Assembly: GCA_013265495.1 (NCBI GenBank)
Contig: MU058718.1
Location: 2,170,001 to 2,234,000 of the forward strand
DNA from: Vicugna vicugna
Lineage: Eukaryota
DNA: 64,000 nt
Reading direction: 5' to 3'
Shown: piece by piece, positions 43,102-53,867 of the stretch
Position numbering within the stretch: the first letter of the stretch is position 1
Layout of the letters: each line of letters opens with the position of its first letter
Notes under the pieces: model-generated
What the model was told of the DNA's origin: nothing
The model's input: the letters and a program-made list of their open reading frames with translations, nothing else
Database searches by the model: none
Program-made: the position numbers and the translations under genes

Positions 43102-44815
43102 AGTGTTTAGCTACTTTATGAAATGTCCACAATAAATCATTAATATGATTTTATAAGTTACAATATATGGAGGAAAAGCAAGTTATCTGATTCTCATGGC
43201 ATAAGGATTGCTAGTCACTTTCAGATAAATTAACTACATCTGAAGCTAGAGTAAAGCTTTAGTGATGAGATGTCACTGGTAGTCTATCAGAAATGGTGTC
43301 AGGAAGAATGCAATATATCAGTTTAACAATCAAGGATAGAAGCGTTATAACAGCTTGAACAACAACTAGAAGATCAGAACATCTTCAAATAAGTGACATG
43401 ACTATGGCATGTTTATTTGATTTATCACCCATAATTTTTATTTCTGCTTCTTATTGTTTGGGTTTTTGTCAGTGCATTGCTTGGACTTCAAAATGAGGGG
43501 GAATTAAAGTTAAATCAGTTTTGTTACATATTTTGTTTTTGGTGTGGTAAAAAGCTGAAGTTATGAATGTGCTTTTAAAATTATGCATTCTACTTCCTAC
43601 CTATTATGGGTGAAAAGAGTTGGTTTACACAGGAAATACAAACACTTAATCTGCCTCTCAACCCTTTTTTTTTTTACTTTTATTCAGAAGTATGTTAATT
43701 CTCATCACCTCCAAAAGCCTTTGAGAGGATTAGCTGCATAGACCAATATTGTTCTATATTAGTCAGTATTAAGCATATGATGTCACCTTGTTTCCTCCCC
43801 TCCTCAGGCTTTTTTTTTGCGGGGGGGGAAGAGGTGTTTTGGGGGGGAGCAATTCTCGAAATTCCGTGGCTTAAACACCACTAGCTGACATACATGATTG
43901 ACAACCTTACACTCCCAAACCTGTTTGAAATGGGTCAAATACCTAAGCGCTGCAGAACAATGCAATCCAACCAGCAATTCCTCATAAAAGAGAAAGGGGG
44001 TGTGATTAGGTTCCAGCTATTAAGCAAGTTATTGCAAAAACAGTTTGGTGGTTTTTGTTTCTGCAATAGGCACAGGTTAAGAGTATTTTCTCTCTTAATT
44101 AGCTCCGGAAAAAAAAGAGAGAGAGAGAGAGACTAAGCGGTAAGAGGAAGGATAAATAGCCCAAGCATGGAGCAACTGGGGCAAACACCACTCAGGGCTT
44201 TACCGAGGTCTTTATACTGACCCTCGGCATTGGTTATTGATAATTAACCCCGCCGGGGAACTATCGAACGGAATCTTTGTGAGGCTTATCGAGCCACAGG
44301 AAAAGAGATGCAGGAGGGAATATAAGCTTCTAATAAAAGAAACGCAGCAACAATAGCAGAGGAACAGCTCTGCCTGGTGACGTAATGGCTGGCAGCAGTC
44401 CAGCTTCAGCAGAGCTGCTGCTACCTCAGCATCCAACCTCTCTCAACACAGTCCAGCTTCGGCCGAGCTACTGGGGCTGCTACTTCTTGTGATGCCACTT
44501 TGTTGGTGCCACCGGCACCTTCCCTTAGGGGGCCGACAGCCGAACAAAGGCTGGTCCCGCTGTTTTAAGTTGTCGGAACACACACTCTCACTCACTCACC
44601 CCCAAGACCCTCAGTCACCGAGCCAATCGGCTGCTTAAGTTGAAGGCGAGAACCCCGGCGCACACTCCAGCCGTACCTCGGTTTCCCCAGGCTGCTCTCG
44701 AGTCCGCCGCTCCCTGCTCCCCCCACCCCCCTATCCCGCACCCGTCCTCAGCCCGACTGGATCGCGGCGGCCCCGCTCTCCCGCCCGGCCCCGCGTGCCG
44801 GTCCTCCCGCCTTAC

Positions 44816-45241
44816 CTCCGCCAGGTAGAGGTTGAGGAGACAGAGCGTGGAGAACTGGAGACAGGAGGGGAAGCAGTAGAGCAGCCAGTGGGGGAAGAAG
44901 TGCAGGTGAGCGGGCGGCCGGAGCAGGGGCAGGGAGCCGCTGAGCGAGAAGGCGGCGGAGAAGAGGGTGGTCCTGAGCGCTGCCCACAGGAGACAGAGGA
45001 AGAGGCAAAGGCTCTGGTAACTCAGCCGCCGCTCGCGGTACAGAAGCAGCCGCCACAGCTGCAGGTAGGCAAAGGCGAAGAGAGCGGCGTAGAGCAGGGC
45101 GTGCAGGATGCTCAGCGCCAACTGCACCGAGCCTGGCACCGCGGCGCCTGAGGCGGCAGCGACTGCGCCTCCGCCTCCGCCGCCCCCGCCGGGCGTCGAG
45201 GGCTCGCGGCCGGCCGCCGGACCCGGCACGGTCACCCTCAT
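44816..45241 (-). CDS. GPR137C: GPR137C (TM7SF1L2) coding exon 1, lysosomal 7-TM integral membrane protein family
   Basis: ATG at 45241 reads [95 protein letters not shown]...[15 protein letters not shown], which I recognise as the GPR137C N-terminus. It is 426 bp (142 codons) and ends at the donor GAG|GTAAG (44815). Confidence 0.96.
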
Positions 45242-45859
45242 GAGGGGACTGGGGGGCGAGAGAGAGAGCGCGGGAAGGAAGGGGCCGGACTCGGAGCCGC
45301 CGTCGAGGGGGAGAAGAAATTCCTCCTGACCCCCCACCCACCCCAACCTCCAGCCCCAGGAAACGCCGTGACAGAACCCGGAGCCCCGCGGAGAGCAGCC
45401 GCGGCTTCCCGGACCCCGCCTCCTCTCCCCGCCCCCCCGGGGGTCTCGGCTCCTCCTGCTGCGGCTCGCTCGGTAGCTGCAAAAAACAACTCTCGGCTGG
45501 AGACAATCAGCTGAGAAACCCGAGCATTTGAGGCGCTCGCTCCGCACCGTGGGCTCGCGCCGATTGGTCCAGGCGGGCACGCCCCCTGCGCGCCGCACTC
45601 GGAAGGCCACGGGCTGCAGGACCCGTCGCTCCAGGGCCCCAAGATCTGATTGGGCTTCCGCTTTACCCGCTTTCTCCCTCCCCTTCACTCCCCACCCACG
45701 CTGCCGATTGGCCCGGCAACTGCACCGCCCAAGCGCGCCGGCGGGCGGACTCGGTGGTCCCCTGTCACCGGGGCGGCTCTCGCTCCGCCCCCTGCGCATC
45801 CCATTGGCTGGAGAGGCCGCACGTAAGGCCCACGAGGAGAAGGAGGAGCCTCGCGGATG

Positions 45860-45937
45860 GTTTTTTGCCCAGCAGGCTGACTCCACCGAGCGGTGGAGGC
45901 TGCTGGCGCGGAGAATGGTGGCGTCGTGCCCTCGCAG
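45860..45937 (+). other. TXNDC16: Putative TXNDC16 first (5' leader) exon; start approximate
   Basis: Lies in the CpG island downstream of the CCAAT cluster. Candidate donors are CAG|GTAGGG (after 45937) and ACG|GTAAGC (after 45964). The TSS cannot be read from sequence. Confidence 0.55.
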
Positions 45938-47922
45938 GTAGGGGGAGCGGTTCGCGGCTGCACGGTAAGCGGGGCACGGTCCCGCCTTCTGCCTCTCCTT
46001 CGCATGGCGGGAACTGTCGGCTAGCAGTCCGCGCCCCGGGCCTCAGATCCTCTCTTAAGGTCTTGGGAGGTAGGTGGCAGCGCGGTTCCTGCAGGCGAGG
46101 AGCTGTGTTTTCTGCTTGCAGAGATGCATGCGAGGATTCAAACCAGAAGGCTCTCACCCAGCGAGGGCCGCACCGGCGAGCTTTGGAGTTTGGCTTAGAA
46201 GGGGCCTCACCTGGATCCTTCTTCGGGATGTTTTTCTTTTTTCTTTTTTCCCAGTGTTAGCGGCGAGTAAAACGTGAACCCTTTGTGGTGAGAGGGCAAT
46301 GGAATGAGGGGAAGGCTGAACGCAAGCTCTAAGCAAAACCCCTTTTCTCCCTTGGAAAATGTCCCATAGGAAGAGTGGTATTGGAATGAGTTGGATGTCG
46401 AAGCGATCTCTGAGTAGGTGGAAGATGGGACTTGGAAACTTAGAAATTTGGAAAGATGCTGTGGACATAAGCTTAGGCAAAACGTAAGAAACATAATTGT
46501 AAGTCTTTGAGGTATGTCTGGAGAGGAAAAAGTTGAATAGTCTGTGCTCCTTAAATTCCACATGTATTCCCTTCAAGCCTTTGCCCCGCGTGTGGTGGAT
46601 AGTGGCTATTTCTGGGGCTCAGGGAAGTACAAAACAAAGGCTGTATTATGTTACATACTGCTGTAAATAAATGAGGAGTAAATAGATCTCCCTACGTATA
46701 CTGGACTGACGTCGTTTTGCTGAGTTTTTCTTCCCGATATTCCGTAATAAAGTGAACAAAGTCGCGCAAAATGATGGAATAATTTGTGGCACATCGCAAA
46801 TTAAGTATCTCTTTGAAAGACTGCTGTGTTTATTGGTGCAGCCAAGATAGCCTTTCCTAATTCATCATTCTAAGAAGAGTGTTGCTACCCTCTTTGCTCG
46901 CTAAGTGATCCACTTGGGAACTTCAAAGTCTCTTGCACTCCACACTCTGGGATAGTAGCTCATCCAGGCACAAGATGCTGTGTGTTTTGGATTCTTTATA
47001 GATGTGCTGCAAACTATGATAGATGTTTAGGCCTGGCCCTACTATGTGGAAATCCCTCTGATCAAACATTCAGCTGAGCATGTTGTGCCTAGAGAAGAGT
47101 ACAACTTGCTGTATGTAAGAAGTTAACAGGCCTAATCCAACATCAATGCTGTAAAGAAGGATCTCAGGTTTATTGGAATTTAAGGCGTTTGCCCCATGGA
47201 TTCTTAGAGAATGTGGTTAGGGCAGTACACAATTCTGTTTGAAAGGAGACGAAGTGCTCCTGACCCCAGTGAGTTTACTGATTGCAGTATGTGCTTAAGT
47301 ACATAAACTAAGCATAAACTCAGAGTTATGTGCTTTGGGGCACTTGTCAAAATCAGGAAAGCCTCTCTTCTCTGGCATGACCTATTTTTGTATCTTCCAT
47401 AATCAATGAATCAGGTTATGAATAGATTTTCACCATGAAGTGGTTTTTCTTTTTTCCTACATGCTGTACCCAAAGTGAGAGTAAACAACATCTGGATAGT
47501 ACTCATTCTAGTTTTAGATCTTTGCTTCTTGTGAGACTGTTTATTTCAGTGTCATATAGAGTCTGGATAGCTGCCTCTTTTTTCCTCCCCTTTTTGGGGG
47601 CATGTATATGGGGGTGGAGATAAAAGATTTTGCCCTAACTGCCTTGAGGGAACTCTAAAATGGAGAGATGTTGACTCCTTTTATTGCCTCTTTTAGATCT
47701 TAAATGATAAACTGTGATGAGATCTAATAAACATTTTTTTTGAGGCTAGTTCAGGGAGCAAGTTCTGTTCTTCAACAGCAGCATTAAATTGTAAGCTAAT
47801 TTTTGAACTTTGTAAGCGTTAAATGCCCCATTTGTTCTAGAAAGTGTCTTTTCCCAGAGAATGATGCCCACAGATCTTGGTATAATTTGTTTAATGTTTG
47901 CTGTTGTTAACTTCCTCTCTTT

Positions 47923-48027
47923 TGTCGTCTTCTTTTCCTTTTTTTTTTAATGGAGGTATCAGGGATTGAATCCAGGACCTCCTGCATGCTAAGCATGTCC
48001 TCTACCACTGAGCTATACCCTACCCCC
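47923..48027 (-). mobile_element. tRNA-derived SINE, Vic-1-like
   Basis: Same family body, T-tract on + strand, TSD TCCTCTCTTT (47913-47922, 48028-48037). Confidence 0.85.
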
Positions 48028-48919
48028 TCCTCTCTTTCTTGAAAGGGAAAGCCATTAGTTTTATGTTTAATTATAAGGGTAGGCAGAAAGAGGGAAATTA
48101 ACCAAGGGTCTTCCTGAAAAGCTTACTCTCAGATAACCTCAAATTTGAAATGTGTCCAGATGCATATTGGTTAAATATTGTTCTGAGAGGGCTGATTACT
48201 CTAGCACAATGGTCTTTCAAACAGTTAAAAGCAGAAGAACTGTGTGCCACGTGTTATTATATATAGAACCCAGTCCCAAAATGAGATTGCTGTTGTAGAT
48301 GAGGGCCACCCGCTACTCCACCTGCAGGGAGAGGCACATCCATCCCCTCCCCACACTAGCTGGAGGGTCAGTGTTTTTCTTTTGAAGCACTTCCTCCTCA
48401 TTGCCCTTGGGGGCTTTTTCAGTATTCTGATGCTGAACAAAACAAACTTTTGTTGCCTTTAGCATTTATTTGCAAGCTCTAGCCCTTTTGTCCTATAGCC
48501 TCACTGATCCATTCTTGCAGTGCTTGTCATCCTCCTGTATCTGCCCTTAGTTAAGTATCACATTTTTTCCCAGCTTTTAAATGACCAGTGCATACATACT
48601 TGTTTAGAGTTTAGGGATGAGCAAAAGTTAAATCTTGCATACTAACTCTGATTAGTGCTGCCAGGAGCATTATACTGAAGAAATGAGGGCTCCTTCCAGG
48701 CCCGAAGGGTAAGGATCTGCACTTGGTTGGTAAGTGTATGTGTGTAGTATTGGCAAACATTTGCCTGTGACTTCCATTTTCTTTTAGTATTGGCACCTGC
48801 TCTGGTAGCCGTCAGTTTCTCACTACAGTGAAATTGGGTCAGTTTCATGTGAATTCTTTGAAATATACTGCCTTATGATATGTATTTATATTTAAGTCAC
48901 TCTTAGCTGTTACTAAAAC

Positions 48920-50800
48920 AGTAGAGCTAGGTTGGATTATACTGTAATAACAACCCTAAATCTTCAGAGGTTTAAAACAACATTCCCTTTATGTTTACGC
49001 TGAATAGGCTGGGAGCATTGCCCCATGCTGTCCGCTTTCTGAGACTTGGCTCAACAGAGAAAGCCTCAGTTTGAGTGTTTTTAATCATCATAGCAGAGAA
49101 AAAGTGTCTCATGCTTCGTACACACATGCATTGACTCTTGAAAGCTTCCAGAAAGTTACAAATGTCACTTCGTACATTTCATTGGCCAAATCAATTCATG
49201 GCCATACCTAACTCAAGGAAGTGGGGACGTATAGTTTTAACATGTGTAGAGAACTAGAAACATTTGGACAGTACACCCTTTTTGTCAACAGATATTCTAC
49301 TTCCTTTATGTAGTTCATCCTTGGCCCTTCCCAATGGAGATAACCCCTAAATCCCATGCAGTCAATGTGCCAAGCTCAGTCTGGGATCTGTGAGTAATGC
49401 CCACTCGCTGTAATTTCTGTTAATCTCCTTCAGTCTGGACATTATAAATTATTGTCTCCATACCCTGTTGAATACATAGAGTAGTGTAGGGACAGATAAC
49501 TATAATAAGTGTTCCCATTTGGAGGGAAGAAGAATGGAAGACATAGACCAGCCTCTGGACTGGAGCAATTTTGGAATCTTGCTGGGCAGGTGTTGCTGGG
49601 GCTCAGGTTGTGTTCCCTGGCTTCTCTTGGTCAGTGCTTCTCAAACTGTTAGGAATGAACAGTTTTTTTTCCCCTTTGATTCCAGTCTACTTTTAATTTT
49701 TGTTAAACGCAATAAAAATGAATTGTAAGAAAAGTAAAATGAAAAAAACATATCAAATGACTATCCCAATTTAAAAATAGTTAGACTCAACAGACATAAA
49801 ATTACTGTGGGAAATTGCTATAAAAGCTTCTAAACATTTACACTCAATTTCTGTGTTTATCTCATTATTGCAGACCAGTAACAAACAGTTCTATTCCAGT
49901 ACATGCCCTAGAGCATAGTTCTCTGTGGTCCTTGGCTTTGCCCTGCAAGAGGTCCTTCCATTTTCACTATCCTTGACCACATCTGATGTGGGCTTTGGAG
50001 AATATGGCCTCTTTCCATGGCTGAGCAGTTTTGAAGGCTTGCTTCCTGACCCTACAAGGGTGGGGGCTCAAGGATTTTTTTCAGTTTTGAACAGCTAGTC
50101 TCTTGAATGGTGGTTCCTCTTTGAGTACCTTTCTTTTCCTCATTAAATACAGTCAACAGCAGCTATCACACAGTATTCATTTTCTCTCTTCCAGCCTCTT
50201 CTCTTAGGGACATAAATAAGTTCTTTAGCTGCGTGAACCTAGGTACATGCTCATAAATTCATGTACTTGTCACCTCCACATTATTGTAGCGACAGTTTCA
50301 TCAACAGTTTTGTCTTTCTTTAATATGGATCATTTGTCGAGCTCATGTCTCTATAAGTTTCCTTGAAGAGTTTCCTTGAGTAGCCCCAGAACAGTTTCCC
50401 TGCTGCTTGGCCCCTGAGCCAGTACTCAGGGTTCTTGTTAAGGCAGCACCTCCCTTCCCCTTTGTGGACCAGTGAAGATAAACTAGATAATGCCACAATA
50501 ATAACCCCTCAATCTCAGTGGTTTAAGACAGCAGGGTTTGTTTCTTCCTATGTCACATGCTCATTGCCTATCAGCTGGGGGTTCCCTGGGCTGCGCTCGT
50601 TCTGGGAAGCATGCTGACAAACAGCCACTATCTGTGTTTTCAATGGCTGTGACAGAAGGAAAAAAAGTCCAGTATATCACACAGTAGCTCTTAAATCCTT
50701 GCCCGAGACGGGCCACTTTGGCTCACATTTTATTGGCTCGAAGAAGTCACGGGTTGACCTCAAACATGACTAGCGGTGGGAAGTGCAGGAGCTGAGTGTG
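48920..50800. mobile_element. Degraded MaLR (MLT1-type) element: two LTR-like ends with internal region, interrupted by a hAT MITE (~49631-49890)
   Basis: Similar blocks at ~48945-49230 and ~50497-50785 (AATAAC..CCCT.AA.CT.CAG.GGTTTAA.ACA.CA ... CATTT.ATTGGC); the inner insertion starts CAGTGCTTCTCAAACT. Confidence 0.6.
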
Positions 50801-52766
50801 ATCCTGGTTATACCTGCTGGGAGGACTGGACCCGTGTACCCCGTGCTGCTGAACCAAGGAGGCAAGGCTCCAGTTCTCCAAAGGGACTCATCCTCTGTTA
50901 CATTTAAATTTGAAGCATTAAGTATTGTTTTTTTTTTACATTTCTAATTACCAGGGGGAGAATGTTACCAAGTTCCCTCTGTTTCTTGTTTCTCTACTCT
51001 GTTCTCACTAGGTGTTCTCTTTCCCCAGTGTTTCCCATCCACATTTGCCTTCTCTTTAAAGTTCTTTTTATGAGGAGACCATGTCACTGAGCAAAAGCAC
51101 TTCATTTACCATGCAGGTGACATGAACACTCTTCTTTCACCCCACGGGGGCAGATTGGGTTAATATGAGTAGTAGCTAAGGAAAATATAATTACATACAA
51201 GTAATAATTTTTCTTTTCAAATCAAAGTGAAAAGGTAAACTGTTTAACAGAGTCAGATAGTTCTAGAAGGCTTCAAAAGTACCCTTGTTGTCTTACCCCC
51301 TTCAGTTTCTTGTTCCTTAGAGGCAGTTACTTTCAGCAGCTCACGATTCCTTTTGGCCTTATCTTCCCATTTCCAATAAACTTGGCTTTTAGTCTTGTGA
51401 AAAATGAAGATTTAATTCTGTTTTATACCTTTTCCCACCCTGACTACATGCTCCCTTACTTTCTATCTCCCCATCCTCTCAGCTCTGGTTGTCATGGATC
51501 TGGTTAAATCATTATTCTGTGTTTATCTTATGATAATGTAAGCTCTGTTTACAGCTGACCTGTGCAGTATTCTCTGCTTTAAGTAATTTGTAAAATAATC
51601 AGACTTACCAGAAAGATGGAGCAAACTGCAAAATTTACTACTGAGTACCTGTCTCTGAATAATCACCGACATCTCTAATTGATGAAATGCATAGTACTTT
51701 CACATGTATAATCTAATCTGTCCAGCGAGATGGATGTGGGAGAGTATTCAAGCATCCCAAGTGTGGTTAGACCTTGTGTTGCTACCAAATACATTCCAGG
51801 GGAAAAGAATATGTTAACGGTAATGTCCGATTTAGTGTTTGAATGATTGAATTGTAGCCACAAGCCCAGGAAGAATGACATTTTATGCTTGAATCTCATT
51901 TGTGCTTTTACTTAAATGTTTAACCTTTTAATTAGGTTGGGGTTATTTCATATAGTAACAAATGTTATATAGTTATTCTTTTGACCTCAGGATGCATGCA
52001 TCCCCCCCTCAGAATATAAAGAAAATATTGGATGACACATTTTATACCATTTTCATTAATATAAAGTGGCTTTAAAATATGCTACTTTAAAATGGCTTTA
52101 AAGTATAATATTTTAATGTCAAGGATACCTCTTAATTATATCATTAAAATTACTTTTTATATACCTCTCACAGTCCTCACTCCTCATTCTGCTTGACTTT
52201 TTGAACTCTTGGCTCATTATTAAAAATTGATGGCAAATTTGTTCACTGTTTGATATAAACTAGCTCTAGTGAAAAGAATTATTAGGAAGTAATCGATGAG
52301 TAATTAGCTCCTTTTTTTTTAAGCAATACCTGTTCCTTAAGGAGAGGTGTTCATGTGCTTATTGATAATATTGAAAGATCAAAGTATATAGACCTTCAAC
52401 TTACCAAATCTATTGTAAGTTGACGAGTAAGTTGTTTCTTATTACCCCTGAAATGTTAAATTGAAAAGTAAATGGTCTTCATTACCATTGAGATGGTACA
52501 TGTCTAATTTAGTATGAGTTTTTCCTACATTTTTCATTAATTATTTCATTTTTACTGAAAAATTCCACCCTTATCCTTATGAGTAAATTTTTCCTGTCTC
52601 CTGTTTTGACATAGTGATCTTTTGTTTAAAAGATAGGGGTCTATCTGAAATTAAAAAACATTAAAACAAAATTCTCACCTATACCTGTGGGTATATCTTT
52701 ACCTTCCAGAAGTGTGATGTTTTCATGCTATACTAATTTCCCTAACTTATTTTCTTTTAAATGTAG

Positions 52767-52882
52767 TTAATATATATCATCAGTAGAAAAGCTTCCTGAA
52801 AGAAGAAATTGTTCAAAAGAAATTTGCAAGTAGCCAAGTATAAGACAGAGAATTGACAGCAGATGCAGAGGACAGCATGGAA
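52767..52882 (+). other. TXNDC16: Putative TXNDC16 second 5' leader exon
   Basis: Branch-like CCTAAC (52741), pyrimidine tract, TGTAG| acceptor, purine-rich body and consensus donor GAA|GTAAGT, about 660 bp upstream of the start-codon exon. Confidence 0.55.
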
Positions 52883-53480
52883 GTAAGTACAGCCTGAAGG
52901 ACGGTGAGAGGAGGGTGTCTAGAACAATTCTAAGCTCAGGACATAGAACTGAATGAAAATATGAGTTGAAGACACTTGACTTTCTAAACCGTATAAATAA
53001 AGCTAAGTTGTCAGCATTACCAGAATGTGTGTTTAGAAGGAATGTTCTTAAGTAGCTTTAATAGATATCTTCTAGGAGATTTAAAGTAAAAAGAAGGTAA
53101 ATACAGTAGACGTATATTTTGGATCTCATTCCTATGTTAGTGGTTTTAATTGCTATTTGAATATTAGTTGTATACCCACTCTAAATAGAGAAAGATAAAT
53201 GCCCAATTTAAAAAATGTTTTGGACAATGTTTGAGAATTAATTTTAGAATTCTTAAAAATGACAGCTCAACATACACCAATAAATAAACTTAAGATTCTT
53301 AGTATTGCATTTTCTAGATATCTTTGATATCTTTTGCAAGTATCAAAAATTAATACTATTATCAAATCAATGTCATTATATATCATCCCCTCTCAAATTT
53401 TTATTAGAAGGAAATAGTAAGGTACTAGCAAAATCAGATACGTAAGTAATGCCTTATGTTATTCTTTTTGCAGGTTTTAC

Positions 53481-53610
53481 TTCATTCACTTATTTAACAA
53501 ATTTGTTCAGAAAAACTTTGTTGAACACCTATTCTTGCCAGGGATTGTTCTAGGCAACGGAACATAGCGGTGAACAAAATAGACAAAATCTCCTGCCTGT
53601 ATGCAGCTAC
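53481..53610 (-). mobile_element. L2 3'-end remnant overlapping the TXNDC16 acceptor and 5' leader
   Basis: TTCATTCACTTATTTAACAAAT..TTGAACACCTATTCTTGCCAGGGATTGTTCTAGGCA..ACATAGCGGTGAACAAAATAGACAAAATCTCCTGCC follows the recalled antisense L2 tail. Confidence 0.75.
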
Positions 53611-53614
53611 AACT

Positions 53615-53777
53615 ATGATGTCTTCCAGTTTCAATGTATTTAGAGTTGGCATCTCTTTTGTCATGATGTGCATTTTTTATAAGTCAGCAGTAGACGCTCT
53701 ACCAGAACTGAGTCCTCAGAAATTTTTCAGTACATTGCAACCAGGAAAAGCCACCTTAGCTTATTTTTGTCAAGCTG
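53615..53777 (+). CDS. TXNDC16: TXNDC16 (ERp90) first coding exon: signal peptide and start of first thioredoxin-like domain
   Basis: Tandem ATGs at 53615/53618 read [54 protein letters not shown], with donor CTG|GTAAGT. Recognised as the TXNDC16 N-terminus; head-to-head arrangement with GPR137C is the known mammalian synteny. Confidence 0.93.
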
Positions 53778-53867
53778 GTAAGTATTTTTTGTATTGTAGT
53801 ATGATTTTTGTGATGTTCCTATCAGTATACTCAGTGGGAACTTATTATCAGGATTAATAATATATGC

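Larger units (their letters stand above)
44600..46270. promoter_or_regulatory. CpG island / bidirectional promoter shared by GPR137C and TXNDC16
   Basis: Abrupt switch to GC- and CpG-rich sequence between divergent genes. ATTGG (CCAAT) boxes at 45563, 45649, 45707 and 45803, GC box CCGCCC near 45785, no obvious TATA box. Confidence 0.9.

Noticed and set aside
44615..45886. 423-aa ORF as a long GPR137C N-terminal extension, plus the many overlapping ORFs at 44.6-46.6 kb
   Set aside because: It has no ATG upstream of 45241, crosses the promoter and runs past the splice donor. Long open frames are expected in GC-rich CpG islands; only 44816-45241 is supported.
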